The translations under genes and the position numbers were made by a program. Positions 39,267-49,945 of a DNA stretch of 64,000 nt are shown here, piece by piece. The DNA lies in the NCBI GenBank assembly GCA_951406725.2, contig OX597826.1:32674001-32738000 (forward strand). The letters are read 5' to 3'. The notes under the pieces were generated by a model that saw only the letters and a list, made by a program, of their open reading frames with translations, was not told the origin of the DNA and made no database searches. This DNA is from Octopus vulgaris. Taxonomy: Eukaryota. The number at the start of each line of letters is the position of its first letter. The stretch's first letter is position 1.

Positions 39267-40095
39267 TATATCATCATCATCATCATCATCATCATCATTT
39301 AACGTCCGTTTTCCGTGCTAGCACGGGTTGGACGTTTGACTGGGGTCTGGGGAGCAGGGACTGCCCCAGGCTCCAGTCTGATCTGGCAGTTTTTTCTACA
39401 GCTGGATGCCCTTCCTAACGCCAACCACTCCGCGAGTGTAGTGGGTGCTTTTTACGTGCCACCTGCACAGGTGCCAGAGGGGTCTGGCATCGGCCCACGA
39501 TCGGTTATTGCCTTTTTTCGTTGCATTGCGGCAGGGGGGGGGAGGGTTCCGGCAGAGAGGAGAGAGGGAGAGGGAGAGAGAGTGGTGGGGGGTGCATGTA
39601 ATATAGGGGAGCACCAGTGGGGAAGGTTTGGGGTAAAGAGAAACGATGACAGGTAGGGTTGGTGGCAGGTTCTAGACAGAATGAAAAGTAGGAAGTAAAA
39701 CGTAGGATATCAAGAGTGGGGAGGGGGCTGGAAGGAGATAGCCGGTTGAGGCAGTGACACATTTCAAAACAGGAGGAACATAAGATAACAGGTTAAGTGG
39801 GACGTTTGATGAGCTGCAGCGCCAGCTGCTTCTGTCCAGGGGGAGAGAGGCAGGGGTAAAATACATAATGAGAAAGTATATTGAGGAGGAGGGGTAGGAG
39901 GAACAGACACACGTAGTGGTGGCGGTGGTAGAGGGGATATCCGGTGAGGATGGTGTAAACAGAGTGTTCTCCGGTATGGGTGAATCAAAATCTTCGCAGC
40001 CCGCAATTCGTTCGCGGTTTAAATTCTTAAAAATTTTTTAAAATGCCTCGGTATGAAGATATTTCGTTCGTCCTCCGCCATTACTTTCAATCAAA

Positions 40096-40165
40096 ACTTC
40101 CGTCTTTCCAACCCACTTCCGGTGAACCTATATAAATAATCACCTCGTGTGCTTATCTTTCATTC
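40096..40165 (+). promoter_or_regulatory. Candidate Pol II core promoter (ETS-like sites, TATA, Inr)
   Basis: ACTTCCGT 40096, ACTTCCGG 40115, TATAAA 40131 and TCATTC 40160-40165 (A is 31 nt after the TATAAA start), within a locally CpG-rich segment. Confidence 0.45.
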
Positions 40166-40639
40166 ACCCCTTCTTGACCACACAGCGATGATCATAGCAA
40201 GCAAGCTAAGAATTCTCATTTCATCTCTTCCTCACTCTTGTACTACACACATACATTTGCTGCTAACCCTTAAATGTTCGAATCTATTCACTAATTCTGC
40301 TTGTTCTTAAAATATAACCCTTTAATTTGTTTATCCCCTCGGTACCAAGTTAATTTGTTTGTTACTCTGTTCATTTCTTCAAACACCAATTGTTTTAAGT
40401 CTACTGTCCCCAATCAAAATCTTCGCAGCCATATATATATATATATACATACATATATATATATATCATCATCATTATCATCACCATCATCTTCGTTTAG
40501 CATCTGATTTCCATGTTGCATGGGTTGGATGGTGTTGACTAAGAACTGGCAAGCTGGGAGGTTGCACCAGGCTTCAGTCTAATTTGGCAAGGTTTCTACA
40601 GCTGGATGCCCTTCCTGATGCCAATATATATATATTGAG

Positions 40640-40823
40640 TCGCCATGATAGATCATTAGCCTCTACACACATTTTTTTCTCTCCTTGTTTTTTCTATGTC
40701 CCTTTCTGTAGAAGAGTGTAGGCTCGAAATGTAAAAGACCTTTTCTATTCCTGAGCATTATACTAATACATCTGTTTGTTTTGTACACTACCTGTCTTCG
40801 TCTTTTGTTCTTTCGTAAACTCT

Positions 40824-40825
<2 letters not shown>
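40640..40825 (+). mobile_element. Short hammerhead-bearing repeat (family E), copy 2
   Basis: CTTT-CTGTAGA-A-GAGT-gtag-GCTC-GAAA-TGTA-AAAG at 40702-40737; colinear with 22343-22515. Confidence 0.7.
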
Positions 40826-40884
<59 letters not shown>

Positions 40885-41429
40885 CATACATACATACATA
40901 CACACACATGCGCACGCACGCACACACACACACACACACACATATATATAGCGGCTTCTTTCAGTTTCTGTCTACCAAATTGACTCAGAAGGCTTTGGTT
41001 GGCCTGAGGCTATAATGGAAGAATTTTGCCAAAAATGCACACAGTGGGACTGAACCCAGAACCATGTGGTTGAGAAGCCACACTGGCACCTGTGTAATTT
41101 TTGTATAATTTGTATAATTCTTTTCAATGTTTTCTCTTTTTTTACTTTAAAACAAATTTTAAAATATTTGCATGTGAAATGCACTGGTAATTTTTTAATT
41201 TTCCACGCACACTGCACTCACCATTTTTTCTGTTTGGTCTCATATGAACCGCAATGTCAAAAAAGATTGTAAACTACTGGTCTATATCTTGTTCTGGTCA
41301 TTTGGATGGCTTATTTTACTGTTTCCTATGTAAACCAGCTTTCAAGCAGGTGACTGAAAAATTTGGCTCCATCACTACCATCTTCTACTCTTCCTTACTT
41401 TTTCATCTTAGGCAGAAAGATGGCAAAGT

Positions 41430-42470
41430 TTTCAGCATGGTGGATTAACAGGATTTCACCTGTCTATACTTTCAGAGTTCAAATTCTGCTGATGTCGGTT
41501 TTGCCTTTCATCGTTTTGGGGGCAATAAAGTAAGTGCCAGTCAAGTACTAGTGTCAAGGTAATTGACCCCCACCCTAAAAATCTGCTGGTTCTGTGCCAA
41601 AATTTGAAACCATTTTAGTTTCTTTGTCTATGGTAGAGAAGTGGTAGGATCGTTGGCACATCAGGCAAAATATTTTGTGGCATTTCATCCAACTCTTTAC
41701 ATCTAGGGTTCAAATCTGGTTGAGGCTTATCTTACCTTTTATAGCTTCAGGGCTAATGAAATAAAGTACCAGTCAAATACTTGGGGCAATGTTATCAACT
41801 CACCCATTCCCCTTAAATTACAGGCCTTATACCAAAGTTTGAAACAATTTCAATTATTATCATTAAAAGCAGTAATGACAAGCAAAATACTTAGCGACAT
41901 TCTGAGTTCAAATTCTACCAAGGACGACTTTGCTTTTTATCCTTTTGGGATCAATAAATCAAGTACCAGTGATACACTGGGGTCGATGTAATAGATTAGT
42001 CCCCTCCTCCAAAATTTCAGGCCTTGTGCCTATGGCAGAAAGGATTATTAAAGGTAGGGATTTCGCAGAATCATAAATATGTTGAATGAAATTTCGTTCT
42101 TCAAATTCGACTGAGGTCGACTTTGCCTTTCATTCTTTTGGGGGTTGATAAAACAAGAACCTGTTGAGCACTGGGGTTTGTGCAATCAATTTACCTCACC
42201 CCCAAAATTGCTGGCCTTGTACCAAAATTTGAGGCCATTATTATCATTAACAGCAGCAAACTGGCTGAATTGTTAGAATGTTGAGAAGAGAGATTAGCTG
42301 TATTTGTTTCAGCTATTTGTGAAATGGGTTCAATTCTCACTGAGAACAGTTTTACCTTTTAACCTTTCAGAGCCAATAAAAGCAAGTGAATAACAAAGTT
42401 AATCAAAGTAATTAACTAACCCCTGCCCCTTAAGTTTGCAGGCCTGATGCCAACATTTAAAACAATTATT
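41430..42470 (+). mobile_element. Train of five head-to-tail SINE family B copies
   Basis: GTTCAAATTC-like cores near 41478, 41709, 41906, 42100 and 42329, each followed by CCTTT...AAGTACC and a CCTTGTGCCAAAATTTGAAAC-type tail. Confidence 0.8.
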
Positions 42471-43616
42471 CTTTCATTTACATATGGTAAACTAATGTTA
42501 ATCTAATGAAGATTTAGCCCAAATCAAAATACAGGATAACACCTGTATTTGTAAATCCAAGATAATGGATCTTGGAATCATTCCAGAATACTTAATCATT
42601 TTCTCCCATATCAAGAGCTGGGGGTGAGGTAGGAACAATTAAAAAAATATCACTTAAATTTAACAAAAAATACAATTAAGTAATTGTATGTAAATATATG
42701 GAAAGCTTAAAATTTAATTAAATTCCTCATAGAATTCAAATCAGTATCCTTGGGTTGCACAAATTCTTGAGCTATAAAGCTGGTTATATCATAATGTAGT
42801 TAAAAAGCAATGATGGTGTCAATGTATATAACAAAAACAAAATTCACATTTCAAACCTTGAGAAAGGACTTGCATATCTTTATTGTTCCGCTTACACATT
42901 GTAATTGTATTGCGTAAATTAGCTAGTTGATTTCTTTCTCTAGAAACCTTAGCTTATCCAGATTGTTGCTTAGGCATTTACTCACAAAAAAAAAGAAGTA
43001 CACCTGTTATTATTGGTATAAATGTGAATTTTATAATCTGGATGTGTATGTATATATATATATATCTACATATATATACATGTATGTGTGTGTGTGTGTG
43101 TGCATGTACATATATATGTATGTATTTAAGCTAGTATGATGGTATGCCTATGTGTGTTTATCCACTGTCATTTTAAAATACTCTTACTTAAAATGTTCAT
43201 AAAAATTAATAACAGACTCCAAACATTTCTTTTGTCTTCCATCATGGAGAAGTTTATAGAATTGAAAAGAAACTAGAATTTCACCTGCAAAATACTTAAT
43301 AATTATACACAATATAGTATGGAATAGATATTTCTTGGAGGAGAAACACAGAAAATATGCATAAGCACACGTGCTTGTATGTATATATGTATGTGAGTTT
43401 TTGTGTGTTTATACATACAGATATATAACAATGTATAATGTATAAATTAAATATTATACATAAACATACATATATATATATATTCACCCCTTTATGTTAT
43501 ACACAAGTATGCTTGTGTGTATTAAGTTCATGTCTATACATCTCTGTGTATGTACAAATATATACATATACACACACTACATGCACACACATACTGATAT
43601 TTATCACGACATATAT

Positions 43617-43657
<41 letters not shown>

Positions 43658-43838
43658 TATATGCATTGTTGTAAGTGTGTATGCATGTAATACTATTTTA
43701 CATTGGAACAAAACCTAAATATACATACCTTCAGACATGCATAATCATAAAGACATGTATACACATACACTCACATACACAGACACAAAGATATATATAT
43801 ATAGATATATTTTTATATATATATTTGTATATATGTAT

Positions 43839-44357
43839 GTAACTGCTAGAGTAAGAATAGCCTGGGCAAAGTTTAGAGAGCTCTTACCCCTGCTGGTGAC
43901 AAAAGGCCTCTCGCTAAGAGTAAAAGGCAGACTATATGATGCGTGTGTACGTACAGCCATGCTACATGGTAGTGAAACATGGGCCGTGACTGCTGAGGAT
44001 ATGCGTAAGCTTGCAAGAAATGAAGCCAGTATGCTCCGATGGATGTGTAATGTCAGTGTTCATAATCGTCAGAGTGTAAGTACTTTGAGAGAAAAGTTGA
44101 ACCTAAGAAGTGTCAGTTGTGGTGTGCAAGAGAGACGGCTGCGCTGGTATGGTCATGTGACGAGAATGGCTGAAGATAGTTGTGTGCAAAAGTGCTACAC
44201 CCTAGCAGTTGAGGGAACCTGTGGAAGAGGTAGACCCAGGAAAACCTGGGACGAGGTGGTGAAGCACGACCTTCGAACTTTAGGTCTCACCAAGGAAATG
44301 ACTGAAGACCGAGTCCTATGGAAGTGTGCTGTGCATGAGAGGACCCGGCAGGACTAG
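43839..44357 (+). CDS. RTE-clade ORF2 C-terminal fragment (no native start; 5' truncated)
   Basis: ARVRIAWAKFREL...KGRLYDACVRTAMLHGSETW...RRLRWYGHV.RM...GRGRPRKTW...DRVLW are RTE hallmark motifs; uninterrupted for ~172 codons. Confidence 0.9.
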   Translation, partial: VTARVRIAWAKFRELLPLLVTKGLSLRVKGRLYDACVRTAMLHGSETWAVTAEDMRKLARNEASMLRWMCNVSVHNRQSVSTLREKLNLRSVSCGVQERRLRWYGHVTRMAEDSCVQKCYTLAVEGTCGRGRPRKTWDEVVKHDLRTLGLTKEMTEDRVLWKCAVHERTRQD

Positions 44358-47105
44358 TCAGGCCATATCCCGTGGCCCCTACCTGGGACGTAGTCGATCC
44401 ACCTGTGCATTCCTTCTTTCTTGTGACACTTGTGAAGACCTGCTGAGGCAAGTGAAAATCAATCAAAATAGATGAACATCAATGGAATTTGTATCTTTGT
44501 GGTACCAGTGCCTGTGGCACACAAGAAAACCATCCGAACGTGGCCGTAGCCAGTACCGCATCGACTGGCCTCCGTGCTGTGGGAACATGGTGGCACATAA
44601 AAACACCATCCGAAGACCCGGCAAGACTAGTCAGGTCATAACCCGTGGCCCCTACCTGGGACGTAGTCAGTCCACCTGTACATACCTTCCTTCTTGTGAC
44701 ACTTGTGAAGACCTGTTGAGGCAAGTGAAAATCAAAACAAATCAAAATAGATGAACATCAATGGAATTTGTATCTTTGTGGTACCAGTGCCGGTGGCACA
44801 CAAGAATCCATCCGAACGTGGCCGTAGTCAGTACCGCATCACTGGCCATCGTGCTGTGGGCACATAACAAACACCATCCGATCGTGGCCGTTCGCCAGCC
44901 TCATCTAGCACCTGTGTCGGTGGCACATAAAAACACCATCCGAAGACCCGGCAAGACTAGTCAGGCCATAACCCATGGCCCCTACCTGGGACGTAGTCAG
45001 TCCACCTGTGCATACCTTCCTCCTTGTGATACTTGTGAAGGCCTGTTGAGGCAAGTGAAAATCAAAACAAATCAAAATAGATGAACATCAATGGAATTTG
45101 TATCTTTGTGGTACCAGTGCCGGTGGCACACAAGAGAAAACCATCCGAAAGTGGCCGTAGCCAGTACCGCATCGACTGGCCTCCGTGCTGTGGGTGCATG
45201 ACAAACACCATCCGATCGTGGCCGTTCGCCAGCCTCATCTAGCACCTGTGTCGGTGGCACATAAAAACACCATCCGAAGACCCGGCAAGACTAGTCAGGC
45301 CATATCCCATGGCCCCTACCTGGGACGTAGTCAGTCCACCTGTGCATATCTTCCTTCTTGTGACACTTGTGAAGACCTGTTGAGGCAAGTGAAAATCAAA
45401 ATCAAAACAAATCAAAATAGATGAACATCAATGGAATCTGTATCTTTGTGGTACCAGTGCCGGTGGCACACAAGAGAACCATCCGAACGTGGCCGTAGCC
45501 AGTTCCGCATAGACTGGCCTCCGTGCTGTGGGCACGTAACAAACACCATCCGATCATGGCCGTTCGCCAGCCTCATCTAGCACCTGTGTCGGTGGCACAT
45601 AAAAACACCATCCGAAGACCCGGCAAGACTAGTCAGTCCACCTGTGCAAACCTTCCTTCTTGTGACACTTGTGAAGACCTGTTGAGGCAAGTGAAAATCA
45701 AATCAAATCAAATCAAAATAGATGAACATCAATGGAATTTGTATTTTGTAGTACCAGTGCCTGTGGCACACAAGAAATCCATCCGAACGTGGCCGTAGTC
45801 AGTACCGCATCGACTGGCCATCGTGCTGTGGGCACATAACAAACACCATCCGATCGTGGCCGTTCGCCAGCCACATCTAGCACCTGTGTCGGTGGCACAT
45901 AAAAACACCATCCAAAGACCCGGCAAGACTAGTCAGGCCATATCCCATGGCCCCTACCTGGGACGTAGTCAGTCCACCTGTGCATACCTTCCTCCTTGTG
46001 ATACTTGTGAAGGCCTGTTGAGGCAAGTGAAAATCAAAATGAAATCAAAACAAATCAAATCAAATCAAATCAAAACAAATCAAAATAGATGAACATTAAT
46101 GGAATTGTATCTTTGTGGTACCAGTGCCGGTGGCACACAAGAAATCCATCCGAACGTGGCCGTAGTCAGTACCGCATCGACTGGCCATCGTGCTGTGGGC
46201 ACATAACAAACACCATCCGATCGTGGCCGTTCGCCAGCCACATCTAGCACCTGTGTCGGTGGCACATAAAAACACCATCCGAAGACCCGGCAAGACTAGT
46301 CAGGCCATATCCCATGGCCCCTACCTGGGACGTAGTCAGTCCACCTGTGCATACCTTCCTCCTTGTGATACTTGTGAAGGCCTGTTGAGGCAAGTGAAAA
46401 TCAAAATGAAATCAAAACAAATCAAATCAAATCAAATCAAAACAAATCAAAATAGATGAACATTAATGGAATTGTATCTTTGTGGTACCAGTGCCGGTGG
46501 CACACAAGAAAACCATCTGAACGTGGCCGTAGCCAGTACCGCACCGACTGGCCTCCGTGCTGTGGGCACGTAACAAACACCATCCGATCGTGGCCGTTCG
46601 CCAGCCTCATCTGGCACCTGTGTCGGTGGCACATAAAAACACCATCCGAAGACCCGGCAAGACTAGTCAGGCCATAACCTGTGGCCCCTACCTGGGACAT
46701 AGTCAGTCCACCTGTGCATACCTTCCTTCTTGTGACACTTGTGAAGACCTGTTGAGGCAAGTGAAAATCAAAACAAATCAAAATAGATGAACATCAATGG
46801 AATTTGTATCTTTGTGGTACCAGTGCCGGTGGCACGTGGCACACAAGAAAACCATCCGAACGTGGCCGTAGCCAGTACCGCATCGACTGGCCTCCGTGCT
46901 CTGGGCATGTAACAAACACCATCCGATCGTGGCCGTTTGCCAGCCTCATCTGGCACCTGTGTCGGTGGCACATAAAAACACCATCCGAGCGTGGCCGTCT
47001 GCCAGCCTCGTCTGGCACCTGTGTCGGTGGCACATAAAAAACACCATCCGAGCGTGGCCGTTTGCCAGCCTCGTCTGGCACCTGTGTCGGTGGCACATAA
47101 AATCA
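44342..47105 (+). repeat. Tandem array of 8 units (273-367 bp) derived from the RTE stop codon and 3' UTR
   Basis: Units start GACCCGGCA at 44342, 44615, 44945, 45279, 45617, 45917, 46284 and 46651. Confidence 0.95.
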
Positions 47106-47295
47106 CCCACTACACTCTCGGAGTGGTTGGCGTTAGGAAGGGCATCCAGCTGTAGAAACACTGCCAGATCTGACTGGACTGGTGCAGCTTTCGGGCTCCC
47201 CAGACCCCAGTTGAACCGTCCAACCCATGCTAGCATGGAAAGCGGACGTTAAATGATGATGATGATGATGATGATGATTATTATTAAAACACATT

Positions 47296-47350
<55 letters not shown>

Positions 47351-47364
47351 ATATATATATAAGC

Positions 47365-47407
<43 letters not shown>

Positions 47408-47706
47408 CATGCATATGAATGTATTTACTTACACATACATATTGAAAGTATATGCTGATACGAGTATGGGCATATAAATATGAAATACGAGCTGTCAGAA
47501 ATTTCAAGAAAATAATCCGTAAAACTTAACAAAAAAAAGTCAAAGAAATGTGTTATATTTTAGAGTCGAGGGTGAAGAAACCCACAACAAGGTGTATATT
47601 TTATGTCTTGTTGCATTGATTATTGTTTCAGAAGGGGAATTTTATTATATTGCCAGCAAATGTTTTCTTTGTTCTTTTTTTCTTATACATACATAGATAC
47701 CTACCT

Positions 47707-47798
<92 letters not shown>

Positions 47799-47928
47799 CA
47801 TATATATATATATAGATGCATACACATTGGTACACACATGTATATGTGTTTGTATGTGTGTGTATGAATGATTGAACAAATGAAAGTAGGCAGTGCTTCA
47901 GCTCAACACATTTGCTTGTAGTTACATT

Positions 47929-48046
47929 TATTTAATAACAGTTTGGTTTGGCTTCGTGTTACTAAAAGTTTTTGCGAGCGTAAAACACATCCACTTCATC
48001 AGGTAACTTAAAATAACGTAGAACTGGATCAAACTGTTGTTAAATA
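47929..48046 (-). ncRNA. Decayed hammerhead motif enclosed by a 17 bp inverted repeat
   Basis: Minus strand 47958-48007 GTTAC-CTGATGA-A-GTGGATGTG-ttt-TACGCTCGC-AAAAACTTTTA-GTAAC (stem I GTTAC/GTAAC); flanks TATTTAATAACAGTTTG / CAAACTGTTGTTAAATA. Confidence 0.5.
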
Positions 48047-48080
48047 CATACATATATAATTACATACATACATACATACA

Positions 48081-48437
48081 TGGTGGCTGCCCCCTCATTA
48101 TCGAGTATGGCCATTGCATGATGCTTAATCAATGTTGTTATCGTGCAATGCCTGTGCAAGACGATTTTTTTTAAAGTGAGGAAAGGCTGTGCACTGAGTC
48201 AATCCCACTCACTAAGCAACAGCAGCCATAATCCGAAAAGAAGAACAAGTCAACATTATTGGTAACCACTGAGCCACAGGTTTTATATCGGAGTTATCCC
48301 AGTTACCTGAGTTACCTTCTCCTAGAAGGATGCCCTAACAAAGGCTAGGAGTCCTTCACTCCCAATGGTTTAACTGCACGATCAGGGTATTCAGTCCGAT
48401 TATTTCTATGTCCCCACGCATGATACAGCCTTAAAAC
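48081..48437 (-). mobile_element. Probable RTE-derived non-autonomous element in (TACA)n
   Basis: Minus strand has GGGCATCCTTCTAGGAGAAGGTAACTC (resembles RTE 5' UTR motifs) and ends GGCAGCCACCA, like GACAACCACCA at ~17632; TACA repeats on both sides. Confidence 0.45.
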
Positions 48438-48509
48438 ATACATACATACATACATACATACATACATACATACATACATACATACATACATACATACATA
48501 CATACATAC

Positions 48510-48965
48510 ATGTATTTTGTTGCTAAGATAATTTACAATGCCATCCACAAAAAAGACCGTCCTGAAATAAACTTTGAAAATCCCTCTGTTATTGAATACA
48601 TTCATAAACACCAACTCAAGGAATACTGGAAGAACATTCCCATCAAAACATCTGTCAAATGTAAGCATAACAAGACAGATATTGTTTTTTGATGGGCAAA
48701 GGTATGTACCATCATAGAGGTTAACTACCTACCCTACAGGTATAAAAATCTCTTTGAAAATCAAAGAAAAGGGGATATCTATGGACAACTGCTTCAAAGC
48801 CTCCAGCTTTTATATCCAGACTATGAATTCATCTTCATACCAACAATAATTGGAGCACTAGGTTTTGTTAGTAAATGCTTAAAGTAGGATCTGGATAAAC
48901 TGGGATTTTCACAAAGAGAAACTGACCGGCTGATTTGTACATTACAAGTGCAATCTGTTTCTATC
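48510..48965 (+). mobile_element. R4/Dong-type RLE LINE fragment
   Basis: VAKIIYNAI...KEYWKNIPIKTSVKCKHNKTDIV...YGQLLQSLQLLYPDYEFIFIPTIIGALGFV, paralogous to 59524-60050. Confidence 0.8.
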
Positions 48966-49212
48966 CAAAAGGAAAAATCCTTTCTACTATAGACACAATG
49001 CTTGGCTTTATGGAGGCAAGAGGTTCGTCAATTGCAACGACCTCAGTGCTCACCTGACACTTATTTTATCGACCATGGAAGGACAAAAAGCAAATTTCAC
49101 TTCAGAACTCAAACTCAAAACATAAAAACAGAAATTATTACACAGTATTTTTCTGGTGTGCTAACATTTCTGCCAGTTTGCTGCCTTATCCAGAAGAAGA
49201 AATATATAATTG

Positions 49213-49257
<45 letters not shown>

Positions 49258-49654
49258 AAATGGAAAGATGAATTATCTCGTTACGGATTATTCAAAAGTT
49301 TAACCGATACCTGGGTAGCAAAAATCACATGTGTAGAATGTAATAAAAGGAATTCTGTAGAATCTTCGTTCAGCTCCATTTCTTCCATTCACTAATTATA
49401 TATATATATATATGTATACTATATTCTGTTACTTCCAGAAAGATATCAACAGCTTGTGCATTTAAAGATCAGTCTGTATCAGAAAATATCATTTAGGTTT
49501 AGAAGAAATAAAATGGTAGCCTGGGTACATAATTCCTTTTATATTTTAGCGTGAGGTGAAGGACTAAGGCACACAAGTTTTTATGGCATTGGTCTTATTA
49601 CAATATTCTATTGTTTCTATAGACACAACCTTTTATTTTAGTTCTCAGGAGTCT

Positions 49655-49945
49655 TTTATCTTTTAGCTTTTACTTGTTTCAGTGATTAGACTGTGGCCAT
49701 ACTGGGGCACCGTCTTGAAGAATTTGTTTATTAGTTGAAAGAATCAACCTCAGTTCATTTATTTTCTAAGCCTGATACTTATTCTCTCAGTCTGTTTTGT
49801 AGAAACAACACCAGTTGTCAAGTAGTGGTGGTGGTGGTGGGGACAAACATAGACACAAAGATACACACACACACACATATATTTATAAGTATATGACAGG
49901 ATTCTTTCAGTTTCTGTCTACCAAATCTCCTCATAAGGCTTTGAG
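49655..49945 (-). mobile_element. SINE family A (partial)
   Basis: Tail TTTTACTTGTTTCAGTGATTAGACTGTGGCCAT and body to AAGGCTTTG. Other partial copies at 16225-16322, 39073-39235 and 40945-41095. Confidence 0.75.

Larger units (their letters stand above)
43839..47278 (+). mobile_element. 5'-truncated RTE LINE with tandemly amplified 3' UTR
   Basis: Open post-RT frame, 8-unit array, then the normal end CCCACTACACTCTCGGAGTGGTTGGCGTTAGGAAGGGCATCCAGCTGTAGAAAC...GCATGGAAAGCGGACGTTAAA(TGA)n. Confidence 0.92.

Noticed and set aside
43737-43838. ATG start for the 206 aa RTE ORF
   Set aside because: The first ~34 codons are flanking microsatellite; the LINE is 5' truncated at ~43839.
44342-47105. CRISPR-like array next to an RT-related ORF
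   Set aside because: Sequences between the short repeats recur in every unit rather than being unique spacers; there are no cas genes; the context is a eukaryotic RTE 3' UTR.
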